From an uncultured Actinomycetota bacterium (GTDB lineage Bacteria > Actinomycetota > Actinomycetes > Propionibacteriales > Nocardioidaceae): a stretch of DNA of 64,000 nt. The stretch is from contig CAVRSW010000025.1 of NCBI GenBank assembly GCA_963723945.1, positions 6,962 to 70,961 of the forward strand, written 5' to 3'. Shown here piece by piece: positions 51,200-59,691 of this stretch (the first letter of the stretch is position 1; every line of letters starts with the position of its first letter). Position numbers and translations under genes: made by a program. The notes below the pieces were generated by a model. It was not told the origin of the DNA, did not search any database, and saw only the letters and a program-made list of their open reading frames with translations.

Positions 51200-51824
51200 C
51201 CGCGACGTCGATCGTGGTCACCTGACCCGGGCGCTCCTTCCGCACGGTCACCCGGACGTCGTCGCGGGCCATGACGAACCGGGACTCCCCGTCCTGCTGC
51301 ACCTGCCACCCGTCGAGGTCGCGGAACGCGGCGGTGTAGTCGCTGAATCCCTGCTCGCCGTCCCCCGAGACCCCGGCCGTGCAGGAGGTCGGGGTCCCGC
51401 CGAGCGGGCCGTAGATCGGCGCCCGGCGCGGCAGCTCCTGCCACGTCTGGTCCACCTCGGCGGGAAGTCGGAGCTCGGCGTTGGGGCCGTTGCACGTGAA
51501 CGTGCGGCTGGTCTCCACCAGTCGGTCGCGGCTCTCGTCCTTCCCCAGCGCGTCGGCTGCGAGTCCGCCGACGACCATCACCACGACGCTGCCGAGCACC
51601 ACCCCGACCTGGGTCGACGTCCGCACCCCAGGCCACACCACGACGGCGATCGCCCCGACCAGCACCGGGATCGGGACGACCAGGAAGGCGAGGTCGGCGA
51701 ACGACCCCCCGCCGTACTCCACCGCGAACCCGTAGACGACGGACACGCCCAGCACCGCGAGGGCGACGGCGGCCAGCGAGACGACGAGGGCGATGCCGAG
51801 GCGGGCGCGGCTCCTGGTGTCCAT
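51189..51824 (-). CDS. Membrane protein of unknown function (3 TM + extracytoplasmic domain)
   Basis: Three hydrophobic segments, then a soluble domain with two Cys. Confidence 0.65.
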   Translation of the reverse strand: MDTRSRARLGIALVVSLAAVALAVLGVSVVYGFAVEYGGGSFADLAFLVVPIPVLVGAIAVVVWPGVRTSTQVGVVLGSVVVMVVGGLAADALGKDESRDRLVETSRTFTCNGPNAELRLPAEVDQTWQELPRRAPIYGPLGGTPTSCTAGVSGDGEQGFSDYTAAFRDLDGWQVQQDGESRFVMARDDVRVTVRKERPGQVTTIDVAVIR

Positions 51825-51929
51825 GGCAGCAGCGTGCCCCCCACCGCGTACCCACCGCATGGGTTCGGCTACTCATCTGCCGCAACGGCGGTCAGGCGCG
51901 GCTCGTCCTGAACCGGCAGACTCTCACGC

Positions 51930-52232
51930 ATGGACGTGGACCAGGTCGCCGAGCACCTCGCCGGCCTGGACGGCGTCCGGGAGCAGCGACGGGACGGACG
52001 GCGCGGCTGGTACGTCGGCGGCCGGCTGGTCGCCCGGGTCGAGGACGACGAGACGATCGTGGTGCGCAGCGACCTCGCGGCGCGCGAACGGCTGGTCGAC
52101 GCCCATCCCGACACGTTCTCGGTGACGCCGCCGCTGGAGGCGCACATGAAGGTGCTGGCCGACCTGCGCCGCGGCGACCCGGCCGCGATCCGCGAGGCGC
52201 TGACGGCGGCCTGGGAGCTGCAGCGCCGCTGA
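51930..52232 (+). CDS. Hypothetical protein, MmcQ/YjbR-like
   Basis: WYVGGRLVAR, RERLVDAHPDTF and LTAAW pattern. Confidence 0.6.
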   Translation: MDVDQVAEHLAGLDGVREQRRDGRRGWYVGGRLVARVEDDETIVVRSDLAARERLVDAHPDTFSVTPPLEAHMKVLADLRRGDPAAIREALTAAWELQRR

Positions 52233-52259
52233 GGGTCCCGCTCCCTCGGCTGGGTCGGC

Positions 52260-52559
52260 TCAGTCGGACAGGGCCCGCTCGACCCGCTCCACCTTGGCCG
52301 TGAGCTGGCCGTCGTACCCGGGCCGGATGTCGGCCTTGAGCACCAGCCCGACCCGCGGCGAGGCCGCCGACACCGCCTCGACCGCCTGCTTCACCACGGC
52401 CATCACCTCGTCCCACTCCCCCTCGATGTTGGTGAACATCGCGTTGGTCTCGCACGGCAGCCCGGACTCCCGGACCACCCGGACGGCCGCGGCCACCGCC
52501 TCGGAGACCGAACCGGTCTCGTCGGCGGCGGTGGGGCTGATGCTGAAGGCGACGATCAT
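52260..52559 (-). CDS. Thiamine-binding (MTH1187/YkoF-like) protein
   Basis: MIVAFSISP, SGL..ETNAMFTNIEGEWDEVM and KADIRP motifs. Confidence 0.88.
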   Translation of the reverse strand: MIVAFSISPTAADETGSVSEAVAAAVRVVRESGLPCETNAMFTNIEGEWDEVMAVVKQAVEAVSAASPRVGLVLKADIRPGYDGQLTAKVERVERALSD

Positions 52560-52664
52560 GCGGACAACCTACGAGGAGCGTGGGGGGCATGCGCTGCGCC
52601 GGACCCGAGCGAGGCGGAGCTCGAGCCACTCCCCTCTGGCCTAGACTGCAGACGTGGGACAACC

Positions 52665-53348
52665 ATGAGCAGGCCATTACGGCTGGCCATCGTCGATGAC
52701 TACGCCGTGGTCATTGCAGGAGTCGCTTCGTTCTTGGCGGCCGAGCGGATCGACGTGGTCGAGACCGGGGCGTCGATGCCCGTCATCAGCGACGTCGACA
52801 TCGTCCTCTACGACACGTTCGGCCAGATCCAGGGCCACGGCATCGATCTGGAGGACTTCGTCCGCGACAGCGGCGCGAAGGTGGTCATCTACAGCTGGAA
52901 CCTCGAGCCGGAGATCATCCAGCAATCGGTGGCCGCTGGTGCCAGTGGCTACCTCTCGAAGGTGCTCACCGGCCCCGAGATCGTCGCTGCGCTCGAGCGG
53001 GTGATGGGCGGCGAGGTCGTCATCCTCCCCGGTGACTTCGAGACGAGCGTGGCCGGCGCGGGCGACTGGCCGGGCCGGTCCGCGGGGCTGTCCCCGCGTG
53101 AGGCCGAAGTGGTGGCGTTGATCACCCAGGGGCTGAGCAACCAGGAGATCGCCGATCGCGTGTTCGTCAGCATCAACTCGGTCAAGAGCTACATCCGCAA
53201 CGCCTACCGCAAGATCGGCGTCGAGCGGCGCTCGCAAGCCGTGGTGTGGGCCGTGGAGAACGGCTTCAAGCCCGACACCCTGCGCACCGTGGACCCTGCA
53301 CTCCTGTTGCGCCCCACGCGGCTGGCATCCCGACCTTCCACGTCCTAG
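52665..53348 (+). CDS. Orphan NarL/LuxR-type response regulator
   Basis: IVDD, DIVLYD and GYLSK receiver motifs; LSPREAEV..GLSNQEIA HTH; no adjacent kinase. Confidence 0.88.
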   Translation: MSRPLRLAIVDDYAVVIAGVASFLAAERIDVVETGASMPVISDVDIVLYDTFGQIQGHGIDLEDFVRDSGAKVVIYSWNLEPEIIQQSVAAGASGYLSKVLTGPEIVAALERVMGGEVVILPGDFETSVAGAGDWPGRSAGLSPREAEVVALITQGLSNQEIADRVFVSINSVKSYIRNAYRKIGVERRSQAVVWAVENGFKPDTLRTVDPALLLRPTRLASRPSTS

Positions 53349-53680
53349 ACGCCCCACGCGAGGCGCGGAGGGCACGACCGCTCGGCCGCATGAGCGCACG
53401 GCGCGTGCTGTGGCACGCCCAAAGGGATGTGGTGCGCTCTGCCGGAGTGGTGCCAAGGTCCTGTCCGTACTTGGGAGCGCCAGACCCTGGTCCGCGCCGC
53501 CAGGGTCGGCGTGCTCGCTCCTCGCCCGGTGTCCCCCGCCTGGGCGAGGAGCCCCCCAGGTGCCCCGACGGGTGCCACCGGCCCGGGCACGCCCATCGGC
53601 AGGACGACATCCGGCCCTCGGTGGTGCGCTCCGCGGGGTCCTCGGTCTCGACCGTGCCGACCCCACAGGCGCGCCGGCGC

Positions 53681-54280
53681 TCACAGACCCAGTCGCTCGT
53701 ACGCCGCCGCGAGCCGTTCGGCAGCCCGGTCCTTGACCGCCTGGTACTGCGAACCGCCGTGGGCGTCGATGGCCACGAACAGCGGACCGAAGTCCTTGAC
53801 CCGGAACTTCCAGAGGCACTCCGGCATCAGGTCGGTCCAGACGACGTCCTCGATCTCCTCGATCTGCTGGGTCTCGGGGCTGGCTGCGCCTCCGGTGATC
53901 GCGAGGTAGACGCTGCCGGCCTCCTGCAGCTGGGTGACCGACTGGGCGCTGAGGCCGCCCTTGCCGACGATCGCGCCGACGCCGAGGTCGAGGACGCAGC
54001 CGCCGGTGAACCGGTCGCTGCGCATCGACGTCGTGGTGCCGACCGAGACCGGCACCCACCGGTCGCCGTCGCGGCGCACGCTCGGCGCCGTGTGCAGGAA
54101 CACCGCTCCCTCGAAGTCGATGTCGGGCCGCTGCCCCTCGTCGAAGAGCCGGATCAGGGAGGCGTCGCGGACGCCCCACACGATGCCGTCGAGCCACACC
54201 TCGTCGCCGAGCCGGAGCTCGCGTAGGTCCTCGGCACGCAGCGGCGGCGTCAGCCGCACCTGCCTCGCCTCAGTAGCCAT
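53681..54280 (-). CDS. Class I fumarate hydratase / L-tartrate dehydratase-like beta (C-terminal) subunit
   Basis: LRLGDEVWLDG..RD, GTTTSMR, IVGKGG, LMPECLW and FGPLFVAIDAHG motifs. Confidence 0.9.
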   Translation of the reverse strand: MATEARQVRLTPPLRAEDLRELRLGDEVWLDGIVWGVRDASLIRLFDEGQRPDIDFEGAVFLHTAPSVRRDGDRWVPVSVGTTTSMRSDRFTGGCVLDLGVGAIVGKGGLSAQSVTQLQEAGSVYLAITGGAASPETQQIEEIEDVVWTDLMPECLWKFRVKDFGPLFVAIDAHGGSQYQAVKDRAAERLAAAYERLGL

Positions 54281-55190
54281 AGGTCACCGCCCCGTCCGCC
54301 GCGACCGTGGCCCGGGCACGCTCGCCGCGCCAGCACTGGATGTTGACGGCCACCGGGTTGGAGGAGATGTGGGTGGCGGCGTACTCGACGTGGACCGCGA
54401 ACGAGGTCGTCGCGCCGCCCAGGCCCTGCGGCCCGATCCCGGTCGAGTTCAGCACCTCCAGCAGCTCGTCCTCGAGCGCGGCGATCTCCGGCTCGGGGTG
54501 CGGCTCCCCCACCGGCCGCAGGATGGCTCGCTTGGCCAGGGCAGTCACCAGGTCGGAGGTACCGCCCAGCCCGACCCCCACCACGGTCGGTGGGCAGGGC
54601 CGCGGCCCTGCCTCGACCACGCTGTCGAGGATGAAGCGCTTCACCCCGGCCACGCCGTCCGCGGGCTGGAGCATCTTCATGAACGACATGTTCTCGGAGC
54701 CCGACCCCTTCGGCACGATCAGGATCTCGACCTGGTCGCCACCGTCGTCGAACTCGACGTGCACGTCGGGGATGCCGACGCCGGTGTTGTCCTGGCGGTT
54801 CTCGCGGGTGAGCGGGTGCACGATGCTCGACCGGAGGTGGTGTCGGCCGGTCGCGCGGGCCACGCCCGCGCGCAGTGCCTCGACCAGACGGGCGCCGTTG
54901 ACCGCGGCCTCGGTGCCGATCCGGACGAAGAACACGCAGATCCCGGTGTCCTGGCACACGATGATCCCGGACTCGTCGGAGACGGAGATCGCCTCCACCA
55001 TCACCTCGAGTCGGCGTCGCGCGCCCGCCTCGACCTCGGCATCCTGGGTACGCCGGACCGCCGACCGTACGTCGGGCGGCAGGTCGGTCAACGCCTTCTT
55101 GTAGAGCGCGGCCGAGACCTCGACCAGGTCCTCGTAGGCCTGGTCGTCGTCCCACCGCACCCGTGCGGGTCCGGTCGCTGTCGTCGTCAT
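54270..55190 (-). CDS. Class I fumarate hydratase / L-tartrate dehydratase-like alpha (Fe-S) subunit
   Basis: CQDTG, KGSGSEN, PCPP, GIGPQGLGG and NIQCW motifs (three Fe-S Cys). Confidence 0.92.
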   Translation of the reverse strand: MTTTATGPARVRWDDDQAYEDLVEVSAALYKKALTDLPPDVRSAVRRTQDAEVEAGARRRLEVMVEAISVSDESGIIVCQDTGICVFFVRIGTEAAVNGARLVEALRAGVARATGRHHLRSSIVHPLTRENRQDNTGVGIPDVHVEFDDGGDQVEILIVPKGSGSENMSFMKMLQPADGVAGVKRFILDSVVEAGPRPCPPTVVGVGLGGTSDLVTALAKRAILRPVGEPHPEPEIAALEDELLEVLNSTGIGPQGLGGATTSFAVHVEYAATHISSNPVAVNIQCWRGERARATVAADGAVTYGY

Positions 55191-55203
55191 GTGCTCCTCC
55201 TGG

Positions 55204-55584
55204 TCAGGTGGGGTCGAGGGCTGAGTAGGTCAGGGTGGCCGCGCCGATGAGGAACAGCACGACGCAGAGGCCGGCGATCCCGGCGACCCAGCGGGCGCGG
55301 GAGCGCGGTTCGGTGCGGTAGTCGCGGACGAGCACCGCCATCCCCGCGGCCGCGTGCAGCAGCGCGGCAGCCAGCATCACGGCGTCCCACGCCACCCACA
55401 GTGCCGTCGTCCACCGCTGCGCGATGAAGGTGGCGCCGGTCTCGGCGACGTCGTGGACGAGGTGGGTGAGCGCGAAGTGGCCCAGGGCCAGCACGGCCAG
55501 CAGCACTCCGGTGACCCGGATCGTCAGGTAGCCGGCGCGCCGGTGCAGCCGCGTCGTACGGACTGCGGGGCTGAGGACCGCCAT
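55204..55584 (-). CDS. SdhD-like hydrophobic membrane anchor
   Basis: RVTGVLL..LGHF, LLHAAAG and VRDY motifs; SD gggagg 8 nt upstream. Confidence 0.85.
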   Translation of the reverse strand: MAVLSPAVRTTRLHRRAGYLTIRVTGVLLAVLALGHFALTHLVHDVAETGATFIAQRWTTALWVAWDAVMLAAALLHAAAGMAVLVRDYRTEPRSRARWVAGIAGLCVVLFLIGAATLTYSALDPT

Positions 55585-55585
55585 C

Positions 55586-56098
55586 TCACGCACCTCCCGT
55601 CACGATCGGGGCGAGGATCACGGCCGACCCCGCGACCGTGCCGACCAGCGAGACCACGACCACGCCGCCCAGCACGCGGGTCGCGGCGCGGGCGCCGAGG
55701 TCGAGCAGGTCGACGGCCACCAGCCGCAGCCCGTTGAGGGCGTGGAACAGCAGCGCCAGCAGCAGGCCGCACTCGAAGACCCGCATCACCGGGGTGCCGT
55801 AGAGCGCGTGCACCTCGTCGAAGCGGGCGGGCGAGAGCGCGTAGAGCGAGACGTCGAGCAGGTGCAGCACCAGGAACGCGAAGATCGCCACGCCGCTGAC
55901 CCGGTGCGCGAGGTGGGCCCAGCGGTTGGCCTCCGCCCGCTCGGCAGGGAGCCGGGCCAGCCGGGCCAGGACGCCGCGGCCGGGCCACGCACCGCCGTCG
56001 ACCGCGCGGGCGCCGCGCAGCACCACGACCACCGTGCCGGCCACGACCACGTTGACCGCCACGAAGCCGGCGACGAAGAGCGCCTGGGCCGCGGTCAC
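55586..56098 (-). CDS. SdhC-like cytochrome b556 subunit with an extra N-terminal helix
   Basis: HRVSGV..FLVLHLLD and FHALNGLRL motifs; GTG 56098 overlaps the flavoprotein stop. Confidence 0.85.
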   Translation of the reverse strand: MTAAQALFVAGFVAVNVVVAGTVVVVLRGARAVDGGAWPGRGVLARLARLPAERAEANRWAHLAHRVSGVAIFAFLVLHLLDVSLYALSPARFDEVHALYGTPVMRVFECGLLLALLFHALNGLRLVAVDLLDLGARAATRVLGGVVVVSLVGTVAGSAVILAPIVTGGA

Positions 56099-57819
56099 GA
56101 ACCGACCCCCTCGGGTGAGGTGCGGCTCAGGGCGACCGGCCGGAGCTCGGGCGCGAGCGAACCGTCGGGCGCCTGCCGCTGCACCACCTGCCGCAACCAG
56201 GTGGCGTCGTCGCGGTCGGGGAAGTCGGCCCGGGCGTGCGCCCCGCGGGTCTCCTCGCGCAGCTGCGCGCCGAGCACCACGGAGCGGGCCACGGCGACCT
56301 GGTTGCGGACGTCGAGGTACTCCTGCCAGGCCCGGTTGAAGCGCCGGTCGGGCGGCACGCCGACCGCCTCCAGCCGCTCGCGTACGCGGTCGAGCCGGTC
56401 GGCGGCCCGGTCGAGGCCGGCCCGGTCGCGGACCACGCCGCAGCCGGTCCACATCGCGTCCTTGACCTCGTCGGTGAGCAGGAACGGGTCGGTCCCGCCG
56501 GGGTCGGTGACGACGCCGGTCGCCCCGGCCACGACCTGCGCGACCGCCGTGCGGTCGACCGGCTTCCAGCCCCGGTCGGGCGCCAGGGCGGCGGCGGTGT
56601 CGCCGGCCCGGGCTCCGAAGACCGTCGACTCGGCGACGCCGTTGCCACCGAGCCGGTTGGCTCCGTGGACACCACCGGCGTCCTCGCCGGCCACCAGCAG
56701 CCCGTCGAGCTCGGTCCGGCAGTCGGGGTCGACCAGCACGCCGCCCATGTGGAAGTGCGCGGTCGGCGAGACCTCGACCGGGCCGGTGGCGAGGTCGCTG
56801 CCGATCTGCCGGGTGCGGGCGACCATGCCCGGGAACCGGCGCTCCACCTCCCCGGCGCCGAGGTGGGAGATGTCGATGAAGACGCCGCCGGCCCCGGAGC
56901 CGCGGCCGGCCATGATCTCCAGGTAGCTCGACCGGGACACGACGTCGCGCGTGGAACGCTCCAGCCGCTCCGGGTCGTAGCGCTCCATGTAGCGCTCGCC
57001 GGCGGCGTTGCGCAGGTGCGCTCCCGCGCCGCGCAGCCCCTCCTCGAGCACCGCGCCGGTCATCAGCGAGCGGCCGGCGAGGAGCCCGGTGGGGTGGAAC
57101 TGCATCATCTCCATGTCGCGCACCGGCAGGCCGGCCCGCAGGCACATCGCCAGCCCGTCCCCGGTCTTCTCCCGGGCAGGGGCCGCGATCCGGTACATCG
57201 TCGCCGCCCCTCCGGTGGCCATCACGAGCACCCGGCAGCGGACCAGCACGAACACCCCGCGGCGTACGTCGAGCGTGACGACGCCGCCGAGGCCGCCGTC
57301 GACGTCGCGCACCAGGTCGAGCGCCCGGTAGTCCTCCAGCTCGCGGACGCCGATCCGGAACATCTGGTCGCGCAGCCGCGACATGATCTCGATGCCGGTG
57401 AGGTCACCGCGGTGGACCGTCCGGTCGAACGACTGGCCGGCGAACGCCTTCTGCTTGATCCGGCCGTCCGGGCGCCGGTCGAAGAAGCACCCGACGCGGG
57501 TCTCGAGCTCGTGGATCACGCGCGGGGCGTCGTTGACCAGCGTCCACGCCAGCTCCTGGTCGTTGAGCCACGAGCCGCCCTCGAGGGTGTCCGCGAAGTG
57601 GCGCTCGACCGAGTCGGCGGGGTCGAGCACCGCGTTGTAGCCGCCCTGGACCATCCGGGTGCACCCCGAACGGCCGACCGCGCCCTTGCTGATCACGGTC
57701 ACGTCGAGGGTGGGCGCGGCGTCGTGGGCGTGCAGGGCGCACATCAGCCCGGCGCCACCGCTGCCGATGATCGCGACGTCGGTGTGCAGCTCCTCGACGT
57801 GGGGTCCGGTGGTCGTCAT
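56095..57819 (-). CDS. Succinate dehydrogenase/fumarate reductase-family flavoprotein (divergent SdhA-like paralogue)
   Basis: GSGGAG, RSGCTRMVQGG, QFHPTG, RDVVSR, HFHMGG, HGANRLGGN and ETRGAHAR motifs. Confidence 0.92.
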   Translation of the reverse strand: MTTTGPHVEELHTDVAIIGSGGAGLMCALHAHDAAPTLDVTVISKGAVGRSGCTRMVQGGYNAVLDPADSVERHFADTLEGGSWLNDQELAWTLVNDAPRVIHELETRVGCFFDRRPDGRIKQKAFAGQSFDRTVHRGDLTGIEIMSRLRDQMFRIGVRELEDYRALDLVRDVDGGLGGVVTLDVRRGVFVLVRCRVLVMATGGAATMYRIAAPAREKTGDGLAMCLRAGLPVRDMEMMQFHPTGLLAGRSLMTGAVLEEGLRGAGAHLRNAAGERYMERYDPERLERSTRDVVSRSSYLEIMAGRGSGAGGVFIDISHLGAGEVERRFPGMVARTRQIGSDLATGPVEVSPTAHFHMGGVLVDPDCRTELDGLLVAGEDAGGVHGANRLGGNGVAESTVFGARAGDTAAALAPDRGWKPVDRTAVAQVVAGATGVVTDPGGTDPFLLTDEVKDAMWTGCGVVRDRAGLDRAADRLDRVRERLEAVGVPPDRRFNRAWQEYLDVRNQVAVARSVVLGAQLREETRGAHARADFPDRDDATWLRQVVQRQAPDGSLAPELRPVALSRTSPEGVGS

Positions 57820-58514
57820 CGCGGCACCCTCCCGGTCCGTACGGCGCGGATCGCGGCTGCGGGGTCGAGGCCCTTGGGGCAGACCTCCGAGCAGGCGTAC
57901 ACGAAGTGGCAGCGGTCCACCCCGTCGGGGCCGGTCACCACCTCGAGCCGCTGCTCGGTCGCGGCGTCACGGGAGTCGTGGAGCAGCACCGTGGCGCGGG
58001 TCAGTGCCGCGGGCCCGAGGAAGGTCCGCCCGGCGCCGGCCACCCCGCATCCGGAGAAGCAGGCGCCGCACTGGATGCAGTCGAGGGCAGGGTCGATCGC
58101 CCGACGCTCCGCACCGTCGGGCGGTACGACCGCGGGCTCGTCGAGGTCCTCGCGCGGCACCAGCCAGGGCGTCACCCGGACCCACTCCTCCCAGAACGCC
58201 GCGGTGTCGACGACCAGGTCGCGCACCACCGGGAACCCGGCGGCCGGCTCGACGGTGACCTCGTCGGCGTCGTCGCGGATCGGGGCCTGGCAGGCCAGCG
58301 CCGCCCGGCCGTCGACCCGCACCGTGCAGGTGCCGCACATCGCGACCCGGCACGAGAACCGGAAGCCCAGCGTCGGGTCGTGGTCGCGGTAGACCGCCAT
58401 CAGCGCGTCGAGGACGGTCATCGGCGCGAACCGCTCCACCTCGAACTCCGAGCGCGACCCGGGCTCCGACCGGCGGACGCGGACCCGCACCGCGCCCTCG
58501 GCGCGGGCCGTCAC
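57816..58514 (-). CDS. SdhB-like iron-sulfur subunit
   Basis: CRVAMCGTC..C [2Fe-2S], CIQCGACFSGC [4Fe-4S] and CHFVYACSEVCP [3Fe-4S] motifs. Confidence 0.92.
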   Translation of the reverse strand: MTARAEGAVRVRVRRSEPGSRSEFEVERFAPMTVLDALMAVYRDHDPTLGFRFSCRVAMCGTCTVRVDGRAALACQAPIRDDADEVTVEPAAGFPVVRDLVVDTAAFWEEWVRVTPWLVPREDLDEPAVVPPDGAERRAIDPALDCIQCGACFSGCGVAGAGRTFLGPAALTRATVLLHDSRDAATEQRLEVVTGPDGVDRCHFVYACSEVCPKGLDPAAAIRAVRTGRVPR

Positions 58515-59257
58515 ACGACCTCCGTCCGGGTCACGGCGGCCCGGTGGGCGTGCCGGACGTGTGCCCGCGCGGCGCGGCCGGCCCCGGCGGCGTCCCCGGC
58601 GAGGACCGCCGCGAGGATCCGCGCGTGCTCGGTGCGGGAGCGACGGGCCCGGCCCGGGACCCGCAGCGTGGTGCTCATGCTGGTCCGCATCATCTCGTTG
58701 AGCACGTCCTGCACCTGCTCCATGAACCGGTTGCCGGACGCGCGGACGATCGCGAGGTGGAAGGCCGCGTCGAGCCGGCCGAGCTCCTCGTCGTCGACGT
58801 GGTCACCGAGCCGGTCGCCCTGCCAGGCGAGCTCGAGCGCGTCGAAGGCGTCCTGCACCTCCCGGAGGGCGCGGGTGTCCTGCTTGTCGGCCGCCCACGT
58901 CGTCGCCGGCACCTCGAGCGCCTCGCGCATCATGAACAGCTCGGAGAGGTCGTGGTGGTGACGCGCGAGCGACGCGCGCAGCCGCCGGCTCGTCTCGGGC
59001 TCCGCGACGAACACGCCGCGGCCGTGGACGACCTCGAGCCGCCCCTCCACCTCGAGCGCGGTGACCGCCTCGCGGACCGACGGCCGGCTGACCTGCAGCA
59101 GCTCCGCGATCTCCCGCTCCGACGGCAGCCGGTCGCCCGGTGCGAGCCGGCGCTCGTCGATCTCGCGCAGGATCTCCTCGCGGATGCGCAACGTCAGCCG
59201 ACGCGGCCCGATCACCTGCCAGGGCTGGGTCGGGCCGAGACCCCGCGTGCTGTCCAT
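58511..59257 (-). CDS. GntR/FadR (FCD) transcriptional regulator
   Basis: LPSERE..VSRPSVREA wHTH; FCD motifs REALE, DAAFH..ASGN and EH. Confidence 0.92.
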   Translation of the reverse strand: MDSTRGLGPTQPWQVIGPRRLTLRIREEILREIDERRLAPGDRLPSEREIAELLQVSRPSVREAVTALEVEGRLEVVHGRGVFVAEPETSRRLRASLARHHHDLSELFMMREALEVPATTWAADKQDTRALREVQDAFDALELAWQGDRLGDHVDDEELGRLDAAFHLAIVRASGNRFMEQVQDVLNEMMRTSMSTTLRVPGRARRSRTEHARILAAVLAGDAAGAGRAARAHVRHAHRAAVTRTEVV

Positions 59258-59274
59258 GGACACCCCTTCGTCAT

Positions 59275-59340
59275 GACGGTTTTGACTACTAACCAGATCC
59301 ACTTTAGTGTTTTAAAAGAGATCTGACCACTGACCACTTC
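59275..59340. promoter_or_regulatory. AT-rich divergent promoter region with paired heptamer repeats (candidate GntR operator)
   Basis: tgactac-taaccag (59283-59296) and tgaccac-tgaccac (59324-59337) flank the AT-rich core actttagtgttttaaaag. Confidence 0.55.
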
Positions 59341-59388
59341 CGGAACGGGTCCCGACAGGTCACCCGGCCGGCGTTACGAGGAGAGACG

Positions 59389-59691
59389 ATGACCGTTTCC
59401 GCACCAGGGTTCCTCGCCCACCGCACCGGCGACGCCGTCGCCGTGGCGGTGCAGGACCTCGAACCAGGAGCCGTCGCCGGCGGCTACCTCGACAGCGACC
59501 AGGTCGAGGAGGTCGAGCTGCGCCACCAGGTCCCGCTCGGCCACAAGCTCGCGCTCCGCGACGTCGCGGAGGGCGAGGAGGTCATCGAGTACGGCCTGCC
59601 GATCGGTCGGGCCACCGCGCCCATCGAGCGCGGCGACTACGTGCACACCCACAACGTGAGGAGCGTCAAGTGGCAGACCAGCGTCGCCTGA
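59389..59691 (+). CDS. suyA: (2R)-sulfolactate sulfo-lyase alpha subunit (SAF domain, UxaA family)
   Basis: H..GDAVAVAV, VPLGHKLA, IEYG..IG and VHTHNVRSVKW motifs; directly upstream of suyB. Confidence 0.8.
   Translation: MTVSAPGFLAHRTGDAVAVAVQDLEPGAVAGGYLDSDQVEEVELRHQVPLGHKLALRDVAEGEEVIEYGLPIGRATAPIERGDYVHTHNVRSVKWQTSVA

Noticed and set aside
55204-58514. Housekeeping succinate dehydrogenase + fumarase operon
   Set aside because: Non-canonical order, a dedicated GntR, loss of the FAD His and substrate Thr, and linkage to suyAB argue for a specialised paralogue. Residual succinate activity is not excluded.
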